A DNA stretch of 64,000 nt from Azolla caroliniana. Its lineage: Eukaryota > Plantae > Polypodiophyta. The position numbers and the translations under genes were made by a program. Below, in pieces: positions 27,558 through 39,704 of the stretch; position 1 is the stretch's first letter; the number at the start of each line of letters is the position of its first letter. The notes beneath the pieces were generated by a model. It searched no databases and had not been told where the DNA came from. It saw only the letters and a list, made by a program, of their open reading frames with translations. The stretch spans positions 19,840,001-19,904,000 of the forward strand of contig JBHGNT010000002.1 in the NCBI GenBank assembly GCA_043228905.1, written 5' to 3'.

Positions 27558-29497
27558 GAGCATCAATGCTCCTCACAAGGAATATCAACATTCATCACAC
27601 TACATTAGATGTCTGATGAATTAGAAATCCATGTAATTCCTTAGATCCCTAAAGAATTAGGCATGAAAACAAGTACCCATCTTTCATTTCCCATCAACTT
27701 GCTCCTTAAATGTTTGTCAATGAGACCAAAATGTTGGCTAGTTGTTTCCATGTCTTGGGGTTTAACAAACAAACTTGATGCTTTGAGATCAACTTGCATA
27801 ATATGGAGATATTTCAACAATGATTGATAATTAGTTGCCATCGAGCTTTGATTCCAACTTTGAGACAATGTGAGTAATGCCCCTCAAGATATTAGAATCA
27901 AGAGTAGTTGAAGTGACATGTGATGGTGAATAATCGGTGCCATGACCCATGAGTTTGGGGTCACGATACCCAATGCAAAGTGTTTTAAATATTTGTTAAA
28001 GAACTTGGAACTATAGTGCTCATCCAAATGCTAATTGGATGTTAATTTTCTTGATTAGGCAATATAAAGTTGTCTGGTAAGAAGAAAGTGGCTAGTGACA
28101 ATTGGAACTTGGGGTGTCAAGGTGCAAGATGAACTAGTGTTTTGGTGGAAAGACTAGGACTTTAAAAGCACTACTGTGAACAATGAGGATGACATCGTGT
28201 TTAGAAATTTGGACAAAATCTCAAGACTTGAGGAATAAACCGAAGATACATCTTATAACATTGATGAACACGACAGGCAAAGGTTGTATTTGATTCCAAA
28301 TTTGCATCATATCCATGTATTATATGTGTCTCTTGAGCTTTTGAATGATCGAAACATGTGGGAATTGTAGTATTGTGGTAGCACCAACGAAGATGTGGTC
28401 CCAACGAGATAAATACAAACAAGTACAACCTTATACAACATGTTTTTCAATGAAGAGAATGTGATACCAAGAAATATATGACAGGTTTCTTTCTCCTTCG
28501 GTGTTCAAGAGTGGAGGATGAAATCATATATGCACTCAATGTCTAGCAAAGTTGATAACAACCATGGTCCTTTGGAAGGAATATTAAGATTCATAAGAGG
28601 ATCGAGTGCTGGTCAAAGAAAAAGATTGAAGACTAGTTGGGTGTGCAAAAGACCACTTAAAAGAGTTACCGAATTCCCATGATGAGCCTTAAAACATTGA
28701 CGTTTGGAGAGGGACTTACGCTACAAGGCATAATTAGACAACCGATGCATTGGAATTTGTAGATATGTATGCATATTCTCGATAACAAGCATTAATGTTT
28801 GGTTCAAAACATGTACTTGAATGTGGCCAAGAGCACAAAATGCTATGCAGCATGAGGGTTGAGAGGGGCAGGATAGATTCGACGATTCCAATAAGACAAA
28901 GATGGGTGGGTGGGGGGGTACTCCTAGGGGCAATCGGAACTCCCAACGAAGATTCAAATATGTATAGGGAGGGAGAGAACGTGTGGTGAAAAAATCAATG
29001 GAAAAACAAACGAGACACACACATACATATATGCTATGGATAAGGAAATCCTAAGGCACAAGGAAAGCAAATAAATACCCACGAGGTAAAAGGGGTATGT
29101 GTGTGTGTGTGTGTGGTATTTAATTAATTTGTGGTGGTAGAAAATTTGGACATTCCCTCTTTTGATAGAGAATGTGAAGGTATTGGCTTTGGCGTAAGGA
29201 ATAATAATAATAATAATGAATAACAATCGATCAGAGAAGTACGAACATGAGTAATAACAATGTTATTATAATTATATTAAAAGCAGGGGGGGGGGGGGGG
29301 GGGAGGTCCCGTGACCCAAAATAAAAGCTAAATAATGTATATTACGTTAAAAAGAAAAAAGAAAGAAAGAGTGGCTTTCTGTGTTTTTCTTTTTTTAATG
29401 TATGTATGTGAATTATAATTATTATTGCTATTATTTTTCCTTTTTCTCCAATTTGTTTTTCATGCAAAAATAAAATAATGAAGTGATAATACATTGC

Positions 29498-29564
29498 GTG
29501 TGTGTGTGTGTGTGTGGACTCGACGACAAAGAGAGAGAATAAACAGACCGGCGTACACACCCAA

Positions 29565-29621
<57 letters not shown>

Positions 29622-29728
29622 ATGAGAGAGAGAGAGAGACCAGACACACACACACACACACTCACTCACTCACAGACAATAAGAGAGAGAGAGACCAGAG
29701 ACAGAGACAGGGAATACAGACAGAGCGC

Positions 29729-29768
<40 letters not shown>

Positions 29769-29902
29769 CAGAGCAGAAGCGCATATGTGGGTATGAGTAG
29801 TATTGAAGTTCTTATTCTATTCTACAGTATTACTTACATATGTACATAACACAAAAACAAAACAAAAAAAACCAAAAAAGAAGAAGGAAGAAGAATGGAA
29901 TG

Positions 29903-29942
<40 letters not shown>

Positions 29943-30000
29943 GTTCTGTTCTGTTCTGTTCCCTCCCTTCTGTTCCTCCTCCTTTTAGAAAACCACTGCT

Positions 30001-30038
<38 letters not shown>

Positions 30039-30300
30039 AAACATATTTACACCAAATAACACAAAGATCAGAATCCCTCCTCAGTATATATAATCTGTCT
30101 CGCAGTATATACTACCCCCCCTCCTTCCCTTCCTACCTCCATATTATCATCCCATTTTGTTCTGATTCTATCTATGCACACATATGCATTTCTAACGCAA
30201 TTTTCTCATCACTTTCTTCTTCTTCTTCTTCTTCTTCTTCTTCTATCTTTCATTTATTATCGACCCCTATCTCTCTCTGTCTGTCTCTCTTTCTCTCTCC
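29498..30300. repeat. Compound microsatellite cluster ((GT)n, (CA)n, (GA)n, (CT)n, (CTT)n) in the promoter/5' UTR of the MYB-CC gene
   Basis: Directly visible repeat tracts upstream of the ATG at 30522. Confidence 0.9.
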
Positions 30301-30521
30301 GTGTGTTTTGTGTTATCATCCCACTGCCTTTTCGCTTAGTAATCCGAATTCCTCTCATTTCTCGTCCACCACCCAAAATTTCTGTGTCTTTCTGTGCTCC
30401 GATCTCATGTCTAACCTGTGAATATAACTTTACAAAAACAAAATTAAAAATCAGCCGGGAACTGAAGTGGGTCGGTCAATTACTTTAAAATTAAGAAACA
30501 GTTCAAATAAATCCTCATAAG

Positions 30522-30715
30522 ATGCAGTTCAATATGGGAGGAGCATCAGGCACTGATCAGAGCCGCAGATCATCGGTACCCATCCACGACAGTCTAATAA
30601 GCTCCTCCATGGCACCAATCAATAACAGTAATAACCCTAATTTCCATACGACGGCTACCAAAACAAGCTGTAACAACACCACTACCATTACTGCTGCTGC
30701 TGCTACCACTGCTTC

Positions 30716-30749
<34 letters not shown>

Positions 30750-33700
30750 CACAATAATAATAGCAATAAGATGATGATGATGATGATGAGCGATCAGGAT
30801 GGTACAGGGGCGAGCCCTAGTATGAACGACAATGGTACCAATAATAATAATAATAATAACTGTAATTCAGGAAGTATTAGTATTAATCGCAGCAATGATC
30901 CGATTATCAACGCTAATGATATTATGATTATGAACGATGATCCTGGATGCGTGGTGGCCGGCGGGGCAAATATCATCCAACTGTCCACAGATCCAAAGCC
31001 ACGGCTGCGATGGACGTCAGACCTGCACAAGCGCTTCGCTGATGCAGTCGCCCAGCTCGGTGGCCCAGACAGTACGTCGGCATTTATAATTTACTCGGGT
31101 TTTAATCAAATAAAACGCGTCGTCACTTGTGTTAAAATGAGCGTGTAATTAAGGTTTTTTTATAATAATAATTATTCATGGTCTGCTTAAATCCTTACCA
31201 AAAAAAGCCTTGCATTCTCTAAAAGGCGTGCTTAGGAATTGGATTATAAAAGTAATGAAATCTGATAGCTTAGGAATTGGATTATAAAAGTAATGAAATC
31301 TGATAGCATGGATTTGTCTAATAGTTGATACCGCAGACTTATGTTATGAATTGTATTGTATTACATACTGATGCTTGATTGATTGATTGATTGATTGATT
31401 AATGCATGCATGGGTGTGTGTATGTTGTGCAGAAGCAACTCCTAAGTCAGTGATGAGGGTGATGAATGTGAAGGGCCTAACACTCTACCACCTCAAGAGC
31501 CATCTCCAGGTGTTTTATATCGCTAAATCCATGAGCCAAACCTGTTAAATCATTTAAAGAAGGAGAAAATTTCATATATCACATTTAATTATATGGAATC
31601 TGCACTTGATTACAGGGACTGAAATAAACTAATAATTGAGAAACAAATTTATATTAGATCATCAGAAGTTCATAAAAATTTAGTTGATTTGTACAAGATG
31701 AGAAATTTAAGGTCTTATAATTATTTATCTATCTCCTTCTTCTTTTTGTTATATAAGGGTTGGCTAATCGATTTGGACAACTAGGAAGTTTCGGATCTTG
31801 TTGCTGCAGGGGTTTTTAGGTTTAGGTTTTTAGGGTAAAGAAGCACATCACTGTAATTCTGAATCCGAGGTTACTGTATCTCTAAGAATGGAAAATTATA
31901 CTGCAGTCAAGAATATTACGATTAATGCTGCCGCAATAGTGTAGTCGTGTGGCTGTAGATGAATTAATTAGGTTAGGATCATTAGACCACTGATATGGTG
32001 GCTACCATTATAGACTTCTGTCGATTACGACAGGGTGAGTATGGCCTGCATTGCTCTACTACACAACGAGGAACAGTGCGTCACCTTATCATTAGCGATT
32101 CTGCACATTCCATTTTGTAGGTGCTGAGAATTATTTTATATCTATATATCTCGTTTCATTCATATTTTCTTCGACCATTGCAATTAAAAAGCAAAATAAT
32201 TAAGTGAAAAGTCATGAGCGATCTGGTGTCTGCTACCGATGATGATCTTATTTTCTTCGATCATTGCATATAAAAAAGCAAAATAATTAAGTGAAAAGTC
32301 ATGAGCGATCTGGTGTCTGCTACCGATGATGATCTTATTTTCTTCGATCATTGCATATAAAAAAGCAAAATAATTAAGTGAAAAACTCTGAGCGATCTGT
32401 GTCTGCTACCGATGATGATGATGGATGGATGGATTATTACTGTAGAAATATCGACTTGGCAAGCAGCCCCACAAAGAAGTGAACACAGAAATCAACAAAT
32501 TATTAGGTAACGAAAGCTGCTGTATGCGAATAATTCGAGTGATTTCATGTCCGATCGGGTTCCAATGTTAATACTAAATTCAATAGTAGGGAGCTTCATG
32601 TATACATATAATTATGGTAATGCAGGTGAAAGTTATCACAAGCAGCTAGAGGATCAAGCAGCAGCAGTAATAGCAGCTGGAGGAGGAGGAGGAGGAGGAG
32701 GAGGAGGAGGCGGCAGCTCTACTTCTTCTTTTCTAGCAAGCGTCGCCTCACAAAGTAGCACGATATTGGAAGAGTAAGTAATCGATCGATCAATCATTCA
32801 TAATACATATATATATAAGGTGGATTTTTCGTTCTGTCAAGGCCATGGTGTGTGTGCTTTAATTCTGTTAGTGTATATTATTTACTGCTGCAGGCGAAGT
32901 AAGCAGATATTCGAGGCCCTCCGCATGCAGATGGAGGTCCAGAACAGGCTCCATGAGCAATTGGAGGTACATACTACCAACAAAAATTTCCAAATATATG
33001 TACTAAACTCATGAAATCAAAAGTGGATGGATAAGAAATGAATCCAAGTGGATATTTTGAATGGCCATCATTCCTTCCTCACCATTAATCATTTGAATCG
33101 TAGGGTTGTGAAGAAACAGGCAATGTGGATTTCTGATTTGCGTTTTTGCGTTTTGCTTTTGGCTTTTCTTTATTGTTGTTGGTGTGTGTGTGTGGGGGGG
33201 GGGGAAGGTGCAAAAGCAATTGCAGCTGAGGATCGAGTCGCAGGGCAAGTATTTGCAGGAGATCGTGGAGAAAGCGCAGGAGACGCTGGCGTGCGCGTCC
33301 AGATCGGTGGCGGGCATCATTACGAGTACTAATAACAGTAATAAGAGTGACGGAGGAGGCGAGGAGAACACGATGTCCGGGACATTGGGACATCGGGACC
33401 GGATAGACGCCGCACGTGCGGAGCTGTCTCACCTGGCGGCCAAGATGACGGCGGACCAATCGCAGCTCCTCCTCCTCACGGCCACCACCACCACCACCAC
33501 CACCACCGGCGGCGGCAGCCAGGCCGCCGCCATGACGGCGACCATTGGTAGCGTCACCCCCGATCACGATCACGATCACGTCTCCTCCTCTTTGTTGCTG
33601 CGCGACATGACCACCACCTCGCCCAATATCTCCCCCACCACCTTCGACCCGCCCCTGGCCCCCCCGCCACTACTGCCCCACCACGGCCATCACCACCACC

Positions 33701-34101
33701 ACAGCCACGGCCACGGCCACGTCACGGACATGGACATGGACATGGGCGTGGATCGCCGCCACGGCCACCTTCTGTTAGATCTCGGCGGCGGCGGCCGTAC
33801 CGTGCAGCCGGTGCCGTCGGATTGCTCCTCCGACAGCTCCCTCAGCGACGGCTCCGACACGACCGCCGCCGCCGCCGCCGCCACGTCGCCGTCGTCTTGC
33901 AAGAAGCTCCGCATGTTCCTGGACGACCGGCTCGTGTCGTCATCTTCGTGCGAGCAGGAGGTTATGAAGAAGAATCATCACCACCACCACCATTATCATC
34001 ACCACCACCAATCCGCTGGGGCAGCAAACCCTGGCACTACCAATACCCCTCCCACCACTATCACAATGACTCCTCATTATAGCTTGGATCTTAATGCATA
34101 A
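30522..34101 (+). CDS. GARP-type MYB-CC transcription factor (APL/PHL/MYR-like), 6 exons
   Basis: Exons 30522-31071, 31433-31509, 32446-32506, 32626-32773, 32894-32966 and 33208-34101, all with GT-AG introns. Spliced protein: [66 protein letters not shown] (SHAQKYF-class MYB) and [42 protein letters not shown] (coiled coil), ending in LDLNA. Confidence 0.95.
31230..31308 (+). repeat. ~38 bp perfect tandem duplication in intron 1
   Basis: gcttaggaattggattataaaagtaatgaaatctgata occurs twice in tandem. Confidence 0.9.
32166..32420 (+). repeat. ~86 bp tandem triplication at the 3' end of intron 2
   Basis: ttttcttcga..cattgca..aaaaagcaaaataattaagtgaaaa..gagcgatctg..gtctgctaccgatgatgat occurs three times. 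Confidence 0.9.
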
Positions 34102-35012
34102 TTTTAAACTCTTTAAACAAATTACAACATGAAGAAGAAGATGATGATGAATAAGAGGAAGCAAAAACATACAAGATATAATTCCCCCCACTTCCTTATG
34201 TTAAAATTAGTACAATCTTAACCCCCCCAACCCCCATACATCGTAGTACCTTATTTGGACCTAGCAACACATTATTTGGACCTTATACCAATGTTAAAAG
34301 AGTGTCATATTGTGTGTGTGTGTGTGTGTGTGTGTGTTTTGTGAGTTAATTTTAAGTTGCGTGTGAATGTGTGCATGCTAAGTTGTGTATGTATGTACCA
34401 CGCAATTTCTCTCTCATTTAACCTTAGTATGTCAATGCCTATGTTTCATGTGCATGCGCTTACTTCGGAACTAGGGTGTGCATGCAGAAGTGTCATGAGT
34501 TTTTTTTTTTAACTCCTTATACTCTAGCTAGTCTTGGCCATCTAATCATGTGCGTGATCCACCCACCCTATAATCAAATTGTCATTGTTATATATAACTA
34601 AATTAACCTTTGCGCCCCCCCCCTTAACACCCACAAGTTGGTCCTGTTGTTCTAGTCTCCCTAAGAGAGCATCGGTGTATCATCATTTCTTTCTTTCTCT
34701 CTTCGTGCTCCAATCCACCAAAATGATGACCCCTTGCATGGTGTTGTGGATGAGTAGATAAATTTGAACTTCATGAGATATTTCTTCCCATGCTCATTAT
34801 GGATCATTGAATATTGTACATGCCTTGGAAACAACTGTATTCCAATATGTTGTTTTCTATTGTTTCTCGTGGTGTTGGGTGGCCATTAAGTATGGCCCTT
34901 GATATTATTTGATGTGTTATGATTACTTTGCATGTGTGTTTCTCTTAAAACAAATGGATTTCATGCATACATTATTATGATACATACATACATACATACA
35001 TACATACATACA

Positions 35013-35048
<36 letters not shown>

Positions 35049-35338
35049 TACATACACGCTTATGACTTCTTTCAGTATGAACTATTTAGTACAACACACA
35101 CTTGAAAATTCAACAACCGAAAAATGAATGAGGAAGAGAGAATTTCTGCCACAAACATGTAGGTTGACCTATAATTAGGTCAAATGTTGACATGTGTTCA
35201 ACCCCCTTGATGATCAAATAAAATCTAATAAACATATGTACAAGGATTTGAATGTCCAACACCATTGGATAGCAAAAATGTGGCTTATTGCTTGGGCGAT
35301 CCCCATAAAGCCACACTTATCAAACACACACACACACA

Positions 35339-35402
<64 letters not shown>

Positions 35403-38400
35403 TTAATGATGGGAAACCCTAAAATGAGGAAAAACCTATAAAGAATATTTACAACTATATGGCTTATTGTAAATCTTTTAATTAGTAACAAATGACATAC
35501 AAAAAACCTAAATAATTTAGATGGATCCTAAGGTCATTGACTAACTTTGAGTAGCCCAATATTGTCAATAGAGGTAGGCTCCCATATTGGACCCTCTCTA
35601 CAAAATAGGGTTGATGGTCACTTTCTTGAAATCTGTAGAGTGACAAAAGAAGTTTTGAAATTGGTGAGCAAGTTAGAACTATGACTATGTGCTTTGGTTC
35701 ACTATCTCCAAAGCAATTGCATGCCAGGGTCAATTTTAGAGTAGATGAAGAAGATGGTGAACGTATCCACACCCCCTATAAGTGGACATTGCAGATTTCC
35801 TTATTTGTAACAATAGAAACAAGCAATATTCCAAGTAACTAACATTCCTAGAGAAATGGGTGTTTCTTAACAAGTAATAATTTTGAGATCCACACCCTTT
35901 TGATTGATGGCTAAATCCACCAAACAAAAGAGTTTCACATCCATTCTCAAGTTGTTTATAGGAAATGAGTTTCACATCCCTTTTGACTGATGGTTAAAAT
36001 TTGTCTTGATATAGGAGGTTGTAAAGGAGCTCAAAGCACTTGTCCATTCTCAAGTTGTTTATAGGAAAAAATACCATTGTTGAACATGGTTTGTTAGTAG
36101 CTTAATAATATTGAAGTGAGTGAAATTAATAACGCAGAAGATGTATGTAAAAGTCCCAAGGTTTTCCTTGTAATTTTCAAAACAAAACAACAATAAGACA
36201 TACCTTTGTGTGGTCTTCATAATATTTCCAATTAAAAGTTGTTTGTCTACTCGAAATCATTATGGAGTTTAATGTGATCATGATGCATTAATGTTGCATT
36301 TGGTTTAAATGGAGTCTTGCAATTGTCATTCTCATGGTATGTTCTATATGAATACATACCCGACTAAATAGGTGAAGTGATTAGAGGTGGTGTCAAGTGT
36401 CAAACAACAAAATCATCAGTACATGGTATGCATGTTTTGGAGTACTAATCGGGAAAAGTATGTTTATGGCTGAATTCAAAAAACATAGGAGATCATGATG
36501 AGCCCATTGAATTGATGTAAATTGCATTATAGAACTTCTACATGTTATGATTGCTTCAAATGCGGTTGCTTGGCCTTGTTGGTTCGCGGTAGAATGCCAA
36601 TAGATATTGGAAGCATAGTTCGTTCAATATACTCCACCTTATTATATATGTCATTGCTAGATAATGTAGATAAAATCCACCCACACACACACACACACCT
36701 GAAAAACACACTCATAAAAAGTAGTTGGCTGTATTAAATTCCTTCCGTACACTAAATATTCTATCTAAAAGACAATTTTCATTTGAATTTTGTTTTGTAT
36801 CGGCAAATACTCTACACAAAGTTCAAACATACAAATATAATAAATTTCACCAAAAAAATACTCTTTTCTATAATTTCTCGCCAATTTATATTACTCTCTA
36901 ATTTGATGTGGATTTCGTTTCAAGTAAAAAATGTCCCCTTCACTAACTTAAAAATCTATTCCAGACCCATTCATGCCATGAAGAAACTGGAGGATATAAA
37001 GCCCGCTCTAGCTAGCATATACTTTGTCAAAATCAACTATAAAAAACACATTGTCCTTATTGGTTTTGGAAGCATATTCTTGTACTTCTGACAAAGCTAT
37101 AATGACATATACATGTATCTTGCTTTTATAAACTCTCATGTTCTTCTCCTACCCAATCTTCATGTGGCTAGTAAATCATTGGCTAGACGTTAGCATAGTC
37201 AGTGGCCTCCAAATTTGTAGTCTATCCTTCTCACCTTTGTTGCGTTATTAGTGTGACTACCTTTTAAGTTATGCATGCTAGTAGGTTCTTCTACAATGAG
37301 TGGATTCTTGCAAAATAGAAAACATGGTTTAGATGGGAATGTCTCGGAAATGTTTGTATAACTCATTGAGGATTCCATCGAATGTTGGGCTTTTCCCTTT
37401 CAATTATTCCATTATCATTGTTTTGAAAAGGATGAATAATTCATTGTAATAGACTTCTTACGTAAAATATTTACCATCCAATGCAATGTAAGCAAACATG
37501 TATCTCAAGTACATATATAACTTCAACAATGTTAATGAGATATAATTAATGTGGACTTGTTTAGACACGACATTCTATGAACATTCTTTCTTTTGCAAAT
37601 ATGGGAAAAACATTTAAAGCTCAATGCATCATAAATGTGCGTTGATATTTTAGCTTAAGTCCACATAAAATCATATATAAGCTTAGAAATTGGATAGCTT
37701 GCCCTTCACTTCTTGACTCATTATGATAATTTAGAGTTGGAAAAGTAGCTTTTATAAAGTTAGAGATGTCATGTTGCAATATAGTCAACTACCTTTCTCG
37801 TACTTCAATTAATTTGAATACTTTTGCAACACCATGTCAATGGGATGCCAAAGAATATGATGAACATTTACGAATCTATAAAGTGGTCAACTTGATTTAA
37901 ATTTCGAACAATAAAAAGTATTGGGATGATGTGTAGAAATACGAACATATAGTCATGAACACATTATGAGAGTGATCACAAAAAAACATGCAAATAGTCA
38001 TCCAATAAGAGAAACCACCTTTTTAATATTTTCATCATCAAAACAACGTCACATGATACCATTAGCTTACATATGTTATTCAAGTGTGGGAATAATTCAC
38101 TAAAAAATTAATAAGCGAGAGATTTTAGATATATACTTATTTCAAAATTTGTAATGCCATTCAAACCTATCATAACAAAAATTTCAAAATTGAGCCCAAT
38201 GATAGTGATTCCCTGAAGAATAATGGAATGCACGAAAAGGTATAGAATGCTTTCAAACTCTAAATCTTATATATAATACAAGGTACTATAATGTACTACA
38301 TCTTTGGTAGAAATATTGGTTCAAACTTTCTCCAATACTCTTAGCTTGATAATATTGTCACATGAATTTCACATCTCGAGGGAAAATGGACAATATATGA

Positions 38401-39309
38401 TTACACACATTCTACTTGGAGAATCCCCACATGAATATATTCTATTTTACTTGCATGAGTATATTCTCTAATTTGGTTTTGCATGCTAAGAATTGCAATC
38501 GTCCAAACAAGATCACGGATTACAACCTCGTTAAATGAGTCCCATGCCTCTACAATGTAGGTCACATGTTGAAATTAGGTCATGATAACAATGACAACAC
38601 AAAGAAAAATATGTGTATGGAGCTTAAATAAGCATGGCATCATATCAAAGCTAAACTCCCCAATAGATAATTTTAATATTAGCCATTCAAATAATAAATA
38701 ATGTTTGTAATGTGCTTGCAATTCTTGTTCCTCTGGTTCTACATACATATTTATTTCTTGGAAAGGCCCATTCAGTTCAGATATGGACTCATATGTCAAA
38801 ATCAACATTGATATCTAGTGTAAATTACAAACCCAAATACAATAGTACCCCCCCACCCCTACCTCAAAGTTTAGGAGATATATAATATAAAATGGCACCA
38901 TAACCCAATTTATGTGTAAACATGGGGACACGTCACTATTGGTCGCATGTCATGATGTGATTTATTCCTTCAATGCATCCAAGTTAACCTTATGAACTAT
39001 GTATTCAATTTGATCCTAGATCCATAATAATTCCAAATGTATTATTATATTCATATTTTCAGAAAGCAAGTGTTTTACTTTAGGTATGCATAAATGCAAG
39101 CATGTGCATTACATGGGCACACAATGTGATTGGTACAAGGGTATGGCATACATTGGGATATGACGAATATTTTAACACCCCATGGCAACTTTGAAATAAT
39201 ATACTACTTTGTAATGAAATCAAGATCACACATTCATGCAAAAGATCATGTTTTAATATTACATGTACTCAATTTCTTCTTCATTTTCAGCTCTATTATT
39301 CCATAGGTA

Positions 39310-39520
39310 TTCTCGTAATTTACTAGGTGCCATCATGGAATAAGGGTTGAACGCATGACCTTTGTAGTCTCCATTAAACAACCTATTCAATTGAGCTACA
39401 TCCATCCAAGATCTTTGTCTTTTTTTTTCTTATTTAAATTTCCCTAATTTACTAGATGCCATTGTGGAATGTAGGGGTTAAACCCATGACCTCATGGTCT
39501 CCATTGGGCAACCTTACCAC
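39310..39520 (-). mobile_element. Two decayed tRNA-derived SINE-like heads
   Basis: Minus strand gtggtaaggttgcccaatggagaccatgaggtcatgggtttaacccc has A-box/B-box-like motifs. A related copy lies at ~39320-39390. Confidence 0.4.
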
Positions 39521-39704
39521 CTCTCTCTCTCTCTGATATAGGAATAACAACTTTTAATCAACTAAAGTAAATAGGTTTTAGAGTGATACTTCTTGTAGGG
39601 TTTGGTTCTACAATGGCAAACACTTGTAAGTGGCCACAAAATCCAGGAGTATGATCGATAATGAGCCAAGATCGCCAATGATTCTTGATGCAAGTGCAAC
39701 AAAC

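Noticed and set aside
29342-30488. Several 60-190 aa ORFs
   Set aside because: They are translations of (CA)n, (GA)n and (CT)n microsatellites.
31811-31835. Telomere-like TTTAGG(G) motifs in intron 2
   Set aside because: Only about three degenerate units, too short to call an interstitial telomere.
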